Below are positions 9,692-17,856 of a stretch of DNA of 32,000 nucleotides, in pieces. Both the position numbers and the translations under genes were made by a program. The notes beneath the pieces are model-generated. The model saw only the letters and a program-made list of their open reading frames with translations, was not told where the DNA came from and searched no databases. The stretch covers positions 300,001 through 332,000 of the forward strand of contig NZ_CP019384.1 in NCBI RefSeq assembly GCF_004102945.1, written 5' to 3'. Every line of letters starts with the position of its first letter. Position 1 is the first letter of the stretch. This DNA is from Candidatus Velamenicoccus archaeovorus (GTDB lineage: Bacteria; Omnitrophota; Gorgyraeia; Velamenicoccales; Velamenicoccaceae).

Positions 9692-10776
9692 AGGGGCTTG
9701 AGTCTTTTTACGGCCGCGGCCGCATCACGGCGATATATATCCTGTTATTTCCTCTTCTCGCGGTTCTTTCCTGTGTTTACGGCGTTGCCGTCGTCGGAGC
9801 TGCATGGCTCTATCGTCGAGGAGTGCTGGCATCATTGCGGCCGCGGAATCCCGTGGTCAGCATCGGCAATATCACCCTTGGGGGGAGCGGCAAGACCCCT
9901 TTGACCGAATATGCGGCGGTCCAGTTGCTTAAAGCCGGCTGTCCCTGCGCCGTGCTTCTGCGCGGCTACGGCCGGCCGTCAAAGGGGAAAGGTATCGCGT
10001 CCGGCGGTTATGAAGCGCTGGGAGACGAGGGGGGCATGATCCTGGAGAACGTCGGCGGCAAGCTGCAAGTGTTGGCCGGCCGCGACCGCGCGCTTCTCGT
10101 GCGGCGGCTTGAGGCCGATGGTTTTCGCGGCACGATCATTCTGGACGACGGGTTTCAGCACTGGCGCGTCAGGCGGGATTGCGATATCGTCGCCCTGGAC
10201 GCCGGCCGTCCTTTCGGCAACGGCTTATTGTTGCCTGCCGGCCACCTGCGTGAACCCAAAGGCGCTTTGAGGCGCGCTTCCATTTTTTGTTTGACGCGTT
10301 GCGACCAGGCCGGGTATAGAGCCGTCGAGACCCTGAAGCGGACGCTCCTGCGGCTGAACCCGGCGGCCTTGGTCGTTGAGACGGTGCACGAGCCGATCGG
10401 CCTTTACGATCTGAAGATCAAGACCGGGTTCGAAACGAATGTTCTTCGGGATGCGTCCGTCGGCCTCGTCTGCGGCATTGCCCAGCCCGGCTCTTTTGAA
10501 AAGACAGTCGCCGGCCTCGGCGGTAAGGTTGTTTCCAGGGCGTTCTTCAGGGACCATCATGTCTACAGCGCGGGCGAACTGTCGTTGTGCTGCCGCCGGG
10601 CCAGGGAGGCAGGAGCGTCCTTGATGGTGACCACCCAGAAAGATGCCCAGCGTCTGGAGCAGCTTGCGCGCGCCGCGGACCTGGGCATGGATATCCTCGT
10701 ATTGAAAATAGGCATACGTATCGTAAAGAATGAGGCAGAATTCAATGCTCGACTTCGTTCTCTATATCCTTTTTAG
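9688..10776 (+). CDS. lpxK: tetraacyldisaccharide 4'-kinase
   Basis: An N-terminal TM helix is followed by the P-loop GNITLGGSGKTP, then LLRGYG and DDGFQH motifs. Its start overlaps the waaA stop (ATGA). Confidence 0.9.
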   Translation: MKGLESFYGRGRITAIYILLFPLLAVLSCVYGVAVVGAAWLYRRGVLASLRPRNPVVSIGNITLGGSGKTPLTEYAAVQLLKAGCPCAVLLRGYGRPSKGKGIASGGYEALGDEGGMILENVGGKLQVLAGRDRALLVRRLEADGFRGTIILDDGFQHWRVRRDCDIVALDAGRPFGNGLLLPAGHLREPKGALRRASIFCLTRCDQAGYRAVETLKRTLLRLNPAALVVETVHEPIGLYDLKIKTGFETNVLRDASVGLVCGIAQPGSFEKTVAGLGGKVVSRAFFRDHHVYSAGELSLCCRRAREAGASLMVTTQKDAQRLEQLARAADLGMDILVLKIGIRIVKNEAEFNARLRSLYPF

Positions 10777-12673
10777 GTCGTGGGTGGGGGTCATGCGGCT
10801 CTTGCCGCTCGAGGCGTGGCTGGCGGCAGCCAGGCTTGCGGCAGATATTTATCGCGTGCTGGACGGCCGTAGGCGCCGGCGCGCCGCCATCCATATCAAG
10901 ATGGCGTTCCCGGACAAGACCTTTTTGGAACGCAAGCGGATCCTTGTCGCCATGTACCGGAATTTCGCGCAGAATATCGTCGAGACGCTATATCTGCCTT
11001 ATATGGACGCGGCCTTTATGCGGCGGCATGTCGCGATTTCCGGCTGGGGTATTTTTCAGGAAGCCGAGGCCAAAGGTAAGGGGGTCGTGTTTCTGGGATG
11101 CCATGCAGGCAGCTGGGAATTGTCGAATATCGCCTGCGCCTTTTTGATCGGCAGCGGCCGCTATGCCATGCTGGCGCGGCCTCAAGGGAAGACAAAGAAG
11201 ATCGATGCGTTCCTGAACGATTTGCGCACCTCCAAGGGGTGCGGCGTCATCCGCGTCAATGAACTGAAAAAAATGGTCGAGCACCTTTCACAAAACAAGG
11301 TCCTTGGTTCAGTGGCGGACCACGGCGGGCGTGAAGGCGTGCTGGTCCCGTTTTTCGGAAAGACAGCCAAGACGCCGACGGGGACGGTCAAGCTCGCCAA
11401 GAAGCTGGGGGCGCCTGTCATTCTGGCTTTCATGCATCGCCGCCGCGGCGCCGAGCACGAGATGTTCCTGGAGGCTTTCCATCCTTCCAGCGGCGCCAGC
11501 GACGAGAAGAGCCTCGCCGCCGACCTGGCCGCTATCAATGCCGTCTTCGAGAAATGGATCCGTCTCTATCCCGAAGAGTATCTTTGGTTCTACCGGAGAT
11601 GGAAGTATTCCTCCCAGCGCCGCGTCCTTATTTTGAGCGACGGCAAAGCCGGCCACGTCAAGCAATCCCAGGCCCTGGCCGGCATGGTCCGCGATCTGGG
11701 TTTTGAGACCGAGATCCGCACGACTGAGGTGCGATTCAAGACGCGGACCGCGTCTACGGCACTTGCCGTCATCGCCCGTATTTTGGGGGCTGGCGCGGCA
11801 CGGACCTGTCTGCGTTTTTTTCTGGAAGGGCGGACATACGACGACATCAGCCGGGAAGTTTTTGACCTTGTGGTGTCCGCCGGTTCTTCTCTGGCCGCCG
11901 TCAATATCGCCGTGGCGCATGAAAACGATGCGGCGTCGGTCGCGATCATGAAACCGGGCCTGCTGCGTTATGGGCAGCTGGATCTTGTGGTGATGCCCGA
12001 GCATGACCGGCCGCCGAAAAAGAAGAATGTGGCGGTTATCGTAGGTTCCCTCAACAGTGTCTCGGCGGAATCCATGAAGAAGGATTATGAGATGCTTTTG
12101 AGTCGGCGGTCGCAGATGGCAGCGGCAGGGCGTGCCGGAAGTCCGAAGATCGGCCTCCTTGTTGGCGGCGACTCCAGGCATTACGTCATCAGAGAACCCG
12201 TGGCCGATATTCTTGTCGCGCAACTGCGGCGCATCCTGGAGGAGACAGGGGCTTATCTTTTTGTCACGACTTCGCGCAGGACGGCCGGGCCTGTTGTGCG
12301 GATATTGCGCGAGGCCTTCGCTTCCCAGGATAACTGCAAACTATTCGTCGATGCGGCCCAGGATAATCCGCCGGGGACCGTAGGCGGCATTCTCTGCGCC
12401 AGCGATATTCTTGTTGTTTCCGGTGAGAGCATTTCCATGGTTTCAGAGGCCGTCGCCAGCGCCAAACCTGTCGTCGTTTTTGAGCCGCAACGTCTCACAG
12501 AGCGCAATAAGGTTCGCAGGTTCCTTGAAAAAATGCAGGCGGACGGCCGTATTTATTTGGTTAAAACTCCCGGGATTTATGATAAGCTATCTTGGATTAT
12601 CGGGACAAAACCCGTTGCCGCCAAGCTAGATACGCGGACTGGCGTTATTGAAGCCCTGAAAAAACTTATTTAA
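10745..12673 (+). CDS. fusion protein: lipid A late (secondary) acyltransferase LpxL/HtrB-like domain + ELM1/DUF1022-like (GT-B-type) domain
   Basis: The N-terminal ~290 aa resemble LpxL family proteins (FPDKTFLERKRI ... LGCHAGSWEL ... DH.G..G ... FFG..A.TPTG ... YPEEYLWFYRRWK). From about nt 11620 the sequence resembles the ELM1 family (LILSDGKAGHVKQSQALA ... VTTSRRT ... ASDILVVSGESISMVSEAVASAKPVVVF). The alternative start at 10730 cannot be excluded. Confidence 0.7.
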   Translation: MLDFVLYILFRSWVGVMRLLPLEAWLAAARLAADIYRVLDGRRRRRAAIHIKMAFPDKTFLERKRILVAMYRNFAQNIVETLYLPYMDAAFMRRHVAISGWGIFQEAEAKGKGVVFLGCHAGSWELSNIACAFLIGSGRYAMLARPQGKTKKIDAFLNDLRTSKGCGVIRVNELKKMVEHLSQNKVLGSVADHGGREGVLVPFFGKTAKTPTGTVKLAKKLGAPVILAFMHRRRGAEHEMFLEAFHPSSGASDEKSLAADLAAINAVFEKWIRLYPEEYLWFYRRWKYSSQRRVLILSDGKAGHVKQSQALAGMVRDLGFETEIRTTEVRFKTRTASTALAVIARILGAGAARTCLRFFLEGRTYDDISREVFDLVVSAGSSLAAVNIAVAHENDAASVAIMKPGLLRYGQLDLVVMPEHDRPPKKKNVAVIVGSLNSVSAESMKKDYEMLLSRRSQMAAAGRAGSPKIGLLVGGDSRHYVIREPVADILVAQLRRILEETGAYLFVTTSRRTAGPVVRILREAFASQDNCKLFVDAAQDNPPGTVGGILCASDILVVSGESISMVSEAVASAKPVVVFEPQRLTERNKVRRFLEKMQADGRIYLVKTPGIYDKLSWIIGTKPVAAKLDTRTGVIEALKKLI

Positions 12674-12788
12674 TAATCAAATGACAAGATGCAATAACCC
12701 GGCATACCTTTTTATTGTTATTATGTTTGGATATTGGGAGTTGGATGTTGTGATTTGTTTGATGCTTGTTTCTTGATTATTGGTGATT
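12672..12788 (+). repeat. GU-rich leader element, copy A (A/C-rich arm + G/T-rich arm ending in CTTGTTTCTTGATTATTGGTGATT)
   Basis: The 24-nt core at 12765-12788 matches 30331-30354 at 22/24 positions. Additional shared blocks are TGTTTGGATATTGGG/TGTTTGATTATGGG and TTGTGATTTG. The left arm 12672-12694 is complementary to 12759-12781 (9+5+3 bp). Confidence 0.6.
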
Positions 12789-12789
12789 G

Positions 12790-14880
12790 ATGAATATTCT
12801 GCAGATCTTGCCGCAGCTGAACGTCGGAGGAGTCGAGACAGGGACGATCGACCTGGCCAAATATCTGGTCAGGCACGGCCATCGTTGTGTCGTCGTTTCC
12901 GCAGGAGGCAGCCTGGTCGAAGAGCTCCGGGAGGCAGGCATCTCTCATTATGAGCTTCCCGTGGAGAACAAAGCCTTCTGGGTGATGTTCAAGGCTGCCG
13001 CTGAACTCAGCCGGATCATCGAGGGAGAAAAGATCGATGTCGTCCACGCCCGTTCGCGCGTGCCGGCGTGGGTTGGTTTCATGGCTTGCCGCAAGACGGG
13101 CGCCGCGTTCGTCACGACGGCGCATGGGCATTACAGCCGGCATATTTTCAGCTATATGATGGGGTGGGGGAAGTATACGATCGTGCCGAGCTCTGTGATA
13201 GGCAAGCATATGATGGAAGATTTCGGCGTTCCCTTGGCCAACATCCGTCTTATCCCGCGCAGCGTGGATTTGGAGAGGTTCGCATTCCGCGGCCCGCGGG
13301 TCCGCCGGGAGAAGGAATTCGTCGTCGGCGTTATCGGACGTATCACGCCGATCAAGGGGCAGATCTACTTTCTGAAGGCGATGGCACGCATCCTGCGTTC
13401 GGCGCCTTATGTCAAGGGATGCATCGTCGGCAGCGTCTCTCCGGGCAAAGGCAATTATATGGAAGAGCTTGAAGTCTGGACACGTCGTCTGGGATTGTCA
13501 GGGGCGGTGAGTTTTTTAGGCAACAGGCGCGACGTCCCGGAAGTCCTCAAAGGGCTGGACGCCCTGATCATGCCTTCCATTGCCGAAGAGTCTTTCGGCC
13601 GCGTCGTCGTTGAGGCGCAGGCCGTCGGCGTGCCGGTGATCGCCTCCCGTGTCGGCGGTGTCGTCGAGATCATCGAAGACGGCCGGGACGGTCTTTTGGT
13701 TTTTCCCAAAGACGACGAGGCGATGGCGCAGGCCGTCCTCAGGTTGATCGGCGATCCGGCCTTAGCCGGGCGCCTGGCAGACGCTGGCCGCAGGAAGGTT
13801 GAGGAGAGGTATTCCCTGGAGAAAATGGCCTCAGATACCCTCGCCGTCTATGAGGAGGCCGTGAGCATCAAGCGCATCCTTGTCATAAAATTCAGCGCCG
13901 TAGGTGACGCGATCCTGGCGGTCCCATCGCTAAAGGCGCTCAAGAAAAAATATCCCCTCTCGCATTTGGTTTGTCTGACAGGGGCGCCGGCGGCGGAGGT
14001 CCTCGAGCGGTGTCCTTTTATCGACGAGCTTCTCGTCTCTGATTTTAAAGGCAAAGACAAAGGATGGAGAGGATTCGGACGCCTGGTCCGCAAGCTTCTT
14101 GCCAGGAGATTCGATTATGTCGTCGATCTCCAGAACAACAGGAAAAGCCATATGCTGAGTTATGCCACGATGAGTCCCCATCGTTACGGTTACGATAACG
14201 GAAAATTCAGTTTTCTTTTGAACCATCGCGTCAAAGGCGCCAGGGACCTGATGGCGCCCGTGGAACACCAGTTTCGCGTGCTGGACATGATGGATGTCGC
14301 CTACGACGGCGAGACGCTGGACTTGTGGCCGTCGCCGCAGGATGAGGCCTTTGCGGAGTATTTCTTAAAGGAACACGCGGCAGAAGGCAGGTCCGTCATA
14401 GGTATCAATATCGGCGCAAGTCCCCGCTGGCAATCAAAGCGCTGGATCGCTTCGCGGTTTGCCAGGCTTTGTGACGCCCTGGAAGAGAAAGGCAACCGCG
14501 TGGTCTTGACGGGCGCCGCAAGCGATGCGGCCTTCGCCAAGAAAATCCTGGAAACGGCCAAAAGCCGCCCCGCCTGCGCCGTCGCACAGACAACGATCAT
14601 GCAGTTGGCGGCCCTCATCGGACGATGTCAGGTTTATGTGACGGGCGATTCCGCTCCCATGCACGTCGCCGCGGCCATGCATGTTCCTTTTGTGGCGCTC
14701 TTCGGGCCGACGGATCCCCGGAGGCACCTGCCGTCGGGTGCGCGTTGCGTCGCGCTCCAAAAGGGGTGCCGGCCGTGCTATCGGGATATGTGTGCTAAAA
14801 AAACGCATCCGTGCATGAAGGGGATCCTTGTGGAAGACGTCCTTGCGGCCATCGGACAATTTGCAGGGGATCCGGTATGA
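12790..14880 (+). CDS. fusion glycosyltransferase: GT4 (GT-B, N-terminal) + GT9 heptosyltransferase-like (C-terminal)
   Basis: The N-terminal half has GT4 features (ILPQLNVGGVETGTIDLA ... GRITPIKG ... PSIAEESFGRVVVEAQAVGVPVIASRVGGVVEIIEDG.DG). From about nt 13861 it is GT9-like (ILVIKFSAVGDAILAVPSLKALKKKYP ... GDSAPMHVAAAMHVPFVALFGPTDP). The reading frame is single and uninterrupted. Confidence 0.85.
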   Translation: MNILQILPQLNVGGVETGTIDLAKYLVRHGHRCVVVSAGGSLVEELREAGISHYELPVENKAFWVMFKAAAELSRIIEGEKIDVVHARSRVPAWVGFMACRKTGAAFVTTAHGHYSRHIFSYMMGWGKYTIVPSSVIGKHMMEDFGVPLANIRLIPRSVDLERFAFRGPRVRREKEFVVGVIGRITPIKGQIYFLKAMARILRSAPYVKGCIVGSVSPGKGNYMEELEVWTRRLGLSGAVSFLGNRRDVPEVLKGLDALIMPSIAEESFGRVVVEAQAVGVPVIASRVGGVVEIIEDGRDGLLVFPKDDEAMAQAVLRLIGDPALAGRLADAGRRKVEERYSLEKMASDTLAVYEEAVSIKRILVIKFSAVGDAILAVPSLKALKKKYPLSHLVCLTGAPAAEVLERCPFIDELLVSDFKGKDKGWRGFGRLVRKLLARRFDYVVDLQNNRKSHMLSYATMSPHRYGYDNGKFSFLLNHRVKGARDLMAPVEHQFRVLDMMDVAYDGETLDLWPSPQDEAFAEYFLKEHAAEGRSVIGINIGASPRWQSKRWIASRFARLCDALEEKGNRVVLTGAASDAAFAKKILETAKSRPACAVAQTTIMQLAALIGRCQVYVTGDSAPMHVAAAMHVPFVALFGPTDPRRHLPSGARCVALQKGCRPCYRDMCAKKTHPCMKGILVEDVLAAIGQFAGDPV

Positions 14881-15974
14881 ATGTCTTGATTTTGACCAAT
14901 CATCTCAATTTCGGCGGCGTCAGCGTCTATGCGCATCAGCTGGCTGCCCTGCTTGTCCGCAAATACGGGGCGAAGGTTTTTATCGGCTCGCGCGGGGGGG
15001 ACCTGGAAACAGAGCTTGAGCGCGACGGCATCAAGCATATCCGCCTGCCGTTGACGACCAAGTGCGAAGTGAGCCCCAAGGTTTTTGTGTCGGCGCTCAG
15101 GCTCAGGGGGCTGGTTCGGCGCGAGAAGATCGACGTGATCCATGCCAATACCCGTGTCACGCAAGTCTTGGGGGCCTTGGTGTCCCTGCTGACCCGCAGG
15201 CCCATGGTGACGACATGCCACGGGTATTTCAAAAGGCGCTTGGGCCGCGTGCTCATGCCGTGCTGGGGCCGCCGGGTGATCGCTATCAGCGACCAGGTTT
15301 GGGACCACCTGGCCTATGATTTCGACGTACCGGCCGACAGGATCGATCTGGTCTATAATGGCATCGATCCGCAGCGGTTCGTCCCGCATGGCGCCGCCGA
15401 GATCGCCGCGCAAAAACAGGCGTGGGGGGTCGAGACGGATAAGAAGGTGATCGGCCATATCGGCCGGCTTTCTTCCGTCAAGGGACAGAAATACATGCTG
15501 TTGGCGGCCGGTATTCTTCGGGGCCGGCATCCGGAGTTTCGGTGGGTGATTGTCGGCGACGGAAAGGAAGAAGTGCATCTGCGGAAACTCATTGCCGAAA
15601 AGAAGATCGGAGATATCGTGCGTTTGTGTCCGTCGGCGGGTAATACATCTCTGGCGCTGGCCGCCATGGATGTTTTTGTCATGCCTTCCCTGCAGGAAGG
15701 GCTGGGGATCTCGATCTTGGAGGCCCATGCCCAGGGTGTGCCTGTTGTGGCGTCGCGCGTCGGGGGGATCCCGACGGTCATCGAAGACGGCGTTACGGGG
15801 CTCTTGGTTTCGCCGGGCGATCCTCCGGCTATTGCGGCCGCTGTTGAAAAATTACTGGAGGACCGTTCTCTGGTAGAGGCGATCGCCTCCAGGGCCCAAA
15901 AGAGGGTCGCCGAAGCATTTACGCTGGATTCCATGACGCAAAAGACCCAGGCCGTCTATCAATCCGTATTATGA
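14877..15974 (+). CDS. glycosyltransferase family 4
   Basis: MNVLILTNHLNFGGVSVYAHQLA ... GRLSSVKGQ ... MPSLQEGLGISILEAHAQGVPVVASRVGGIPTVIEDGVTGLL. The ATG at 14877 overlaps the upstream stop (ATGA). The ORF-track start at 14811 would lie inside the upstream gene. Confidence 0.88.
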   Translation: MNVLILTNHLNFGGVSVYAHQLAALLVRKYGAKVFIGSRGGDLETELERDGIKHIRLPLTTKCEVSPKVFVSALRLRGLVRREKIDVIHANTRVTQVLGALVSLLTRRPMVTTCHGYFKRRLGRVLMPCWGRRVIAISDQVWDHLAYDFDVPADRIDLVYNGIDPQRFVPHGAAEIAAQKQAWGVETDKKVIGHIGRLSSVKGQKYMLLAAGILRGRHPEFRWVIVGDGKEEVHLRKLIAEKKIGDIVRLCPSAGNTSLALAAMDVFVMPSLQEGLGISILEAHAQGVPVVASRVGGIPTVIEDGVTGLLVSPGDPPAIAAAVEKLLEDRSLVEAIASRAQKRVAEAFTLDSMTQKTQAVYQSVL

Positions 15975-16789
15975 AAAAGATTCTGGCGCGGGCCGCTGTT
16001 TATCTGCTTGTTTTTGTCCTGACGGGGTTCGTCGTTTTCTGTGCGAACATCTTTTATGGCGGCCCCAGCGCCGCGATCCTGATGTATCATAGTGTCGGCG
16101 CTCCCAACGGTCAGACGACCTGTCTGGATGTTTCAGAGCAAGATTTCGCGCGCCAGATGGCGTTTTTGCACGCCCGCGGGTTTCGTGTGATCCGTCTTAC
16201 TGATCTGGCCGTTCTCTTGAGACGGGGAGAAAAGGTGAGGGCAGGGACGGTCGTGATCACCTTTGACGACGGCTACGATAATAATTACACCAAGGCTTTT
16301 CCGATCCTGAAAAAATACGGTTTTCCTGCGACGATATTCGTGATTGCCGGCCGTCTGGGAAAAGATTATGATGTGGCCAAGGGGGTCCCGGGCCGTATCG
16401 TGACGCCGCAGATGATGCAGGAAATGGTCGCCTCCGGACTTATTGATATCGGTTCCCACACGACAAGCCATTATTATCTGCCTGATGTCCGCGACGCATC
16501 TCTTCTCTGGGAGGAGCTTCGCGGTTCCAAGACATTCTTGGAGGCGGTCGTCGGAGCGCCCGTCGCTTCTTTGTCGTATCCCCTCGGAGGCTATAGGCGC
16601 TCAACCGAGGAAATGGCGCGCCGGGCGGGTTACGAGGCGGCTGTCACAACCAGCAAGAAGGACGGCGGCAGCGATACGGATCTTTTCGCTCTCAGGCGCA
16701 TCAGGACTTCGAAGTCTTCGCGCCATATGTTTATATTTTTCCTGGAGGCCAGCGGCTATTATCCGCGTCTGAAAGGACTTTCGCGATGA
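15971..16789 (+). CDS. polysaccharide deacetylase (NodB-homology domain), membrane anchored
   Basis: An N-terminal TM helix is followed by ILMYHSV and the metal/catalytic motifs ITFDDGYDNNY and GSHTTSH. The start overlaps the upstream stop (ATGA). Confidence 0.85.
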   Translation: MKKILARAAVYLLVFVLTGFVVFCANIFYGGPSAAILMYHSVGAPNGQTTCLDVSEQDFARQMAFLHARGFRVIRLTDLAVLLRRGEKVRAGTVVITFDDGYDNNYTKAFPILKKYGFPATIFVIAGRLGKDYDVAKGVPGRIVTPQMMQEMVASGLIDIGSHTTSHYYLPDVRDASLLWEELRGSKTFLEAVVGAPVASLSYPLGGYRRSTEEMARRAGYEAAVTTSKKDGGSDTDLFALRRIRTSKSSRHMFIFFLEASGYYPRLKGLSR

Positions 16790-17856
16790 ACATATTCCGA
16801 AAGAAACAATCGCCATTTTCCGCCCAGGAACGCATCGTGATCGTCGAGGTCAATTGGCTGGGGGATGTCCTTTTTTCGACGCCGGCCATCCGGGCGATCC
16901 GCAAGAAGCATCCCGGCGCCTACATTGCCGCCCTGGTGGTGCCGCGCTGCAAGGTCCTCCTTTTGGGCAACAATTATCTTGACGAGGTGATCGCCTTGGA
17001 TGAGGAAGGACGTTACAAGGGGTTCGGCGGCAAATTGCGGCTTGCCCGGGATCTCAAGGTCAGGCATTTTAACATCGCTTATATCTTCCGTCCGTCCCTG
17101 ACACGGACGCTGTGTCTCTTTTTGGCGGGCGTGCGCCGGCGCATCGGCTTCGCCACGAAAAAGACGGCTTTCCTCTTGACGGAGAGGGTCATTTTTCCGA
17201 AAGACAAGATGCACCGCGCCGATGTTTATTATTATCTCGTCACGGGCTCCAGGATCCCATCCGGCGAGCGTTATTGCGATTATTTCGTTTCTCCCGATGA
17301 CAGGGATTTTATTGAGGATTTCTTGAGGAAGCACCGTCTGGGGCAGGAGAAGAACCTTGTTACGCTCCACGTGGGCGGCAATTGGGATCTTAAACGTTGG
17401 CCGAAGGAGCGTTTTGCGCAGTTGATCGATGTCCTGAAGGAAAACTACCAGATGGATGTGGTCATCTCGGGGGCTTACAGCGAATACGGTCTGGCGGAAG
17501 GGATCGCTTCCCTGACGCGCTCCAAACCGTTTATCGCCTGCGGATTGACGACGCTCAAGCAGCTGGGCGTCCTTTTCCAGAAGAGCAGCATCGTGATCTC
17601 TGCGGATTCCGGCCCTCTGCATGTGGCCGCCGCCGTCGGGGCGCGCGTCTTGTCTCTTTACGGCCCGACCTCGCCGGAATTAACGGGTCCCTTGAGCCGC
17701 GACGAACTGCCGATCCTGTGCGGACGCCAGGCCCCTGCCTGCCAGGTCCCATGTTATAACCTGGAATGCAAGGATAATGTGTGCATGAGTTCGATCACCG
17801 TCGAACAAGTTGTCGGCGAATTGGAGAAGCGCGGATGGCTGAAGGCCAGGCAGTAA
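16786..17856 (+). CDS. glycosyltransferase family 9 (ADP-heptose:LPS heptosyltransferase-like)
   Basis: IVIVEVNWLGDVLFSTPAIRAIRKKHP ... HVGGNWDLKRWP ... SADSGPLHVAAAVGARVLSLYGPTSP, with a C-terminal Cys cluster. The start overlaps the upstream stop (ATGA). Confidence 0.88.
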   Translation: MNIFRKKQSPFSAQERIVIVEVNWLGDVLFSTPAIRAIRKKHPGAYIAALVVPRCKVLLLGNNYLDEVIALDEEGRYKGFGGKLRLARDLKVRHFNIAYIFRPSLTRTLCLFLAGVRRRIGFATKKTAFLLTERVIFPKDKMHRADVYYYLVTGSRIPSGERYCDYFVSPDDRDFIEDFLRKHRLGQEKNLVTLHVGGNWDLKRWPKERFAQLIDVLKENYQMDVVISGAYSEYGLAEGIASLTRSKPFIACGLTTLKQLGVLFQKSSIVISADSGPLHVAAAVGARVLSLYGPTSPELTGPLSRDELPILCGRQAPACQVPCYNLECKDNVCMSSITVEQVVGELEKRGWLKARQ

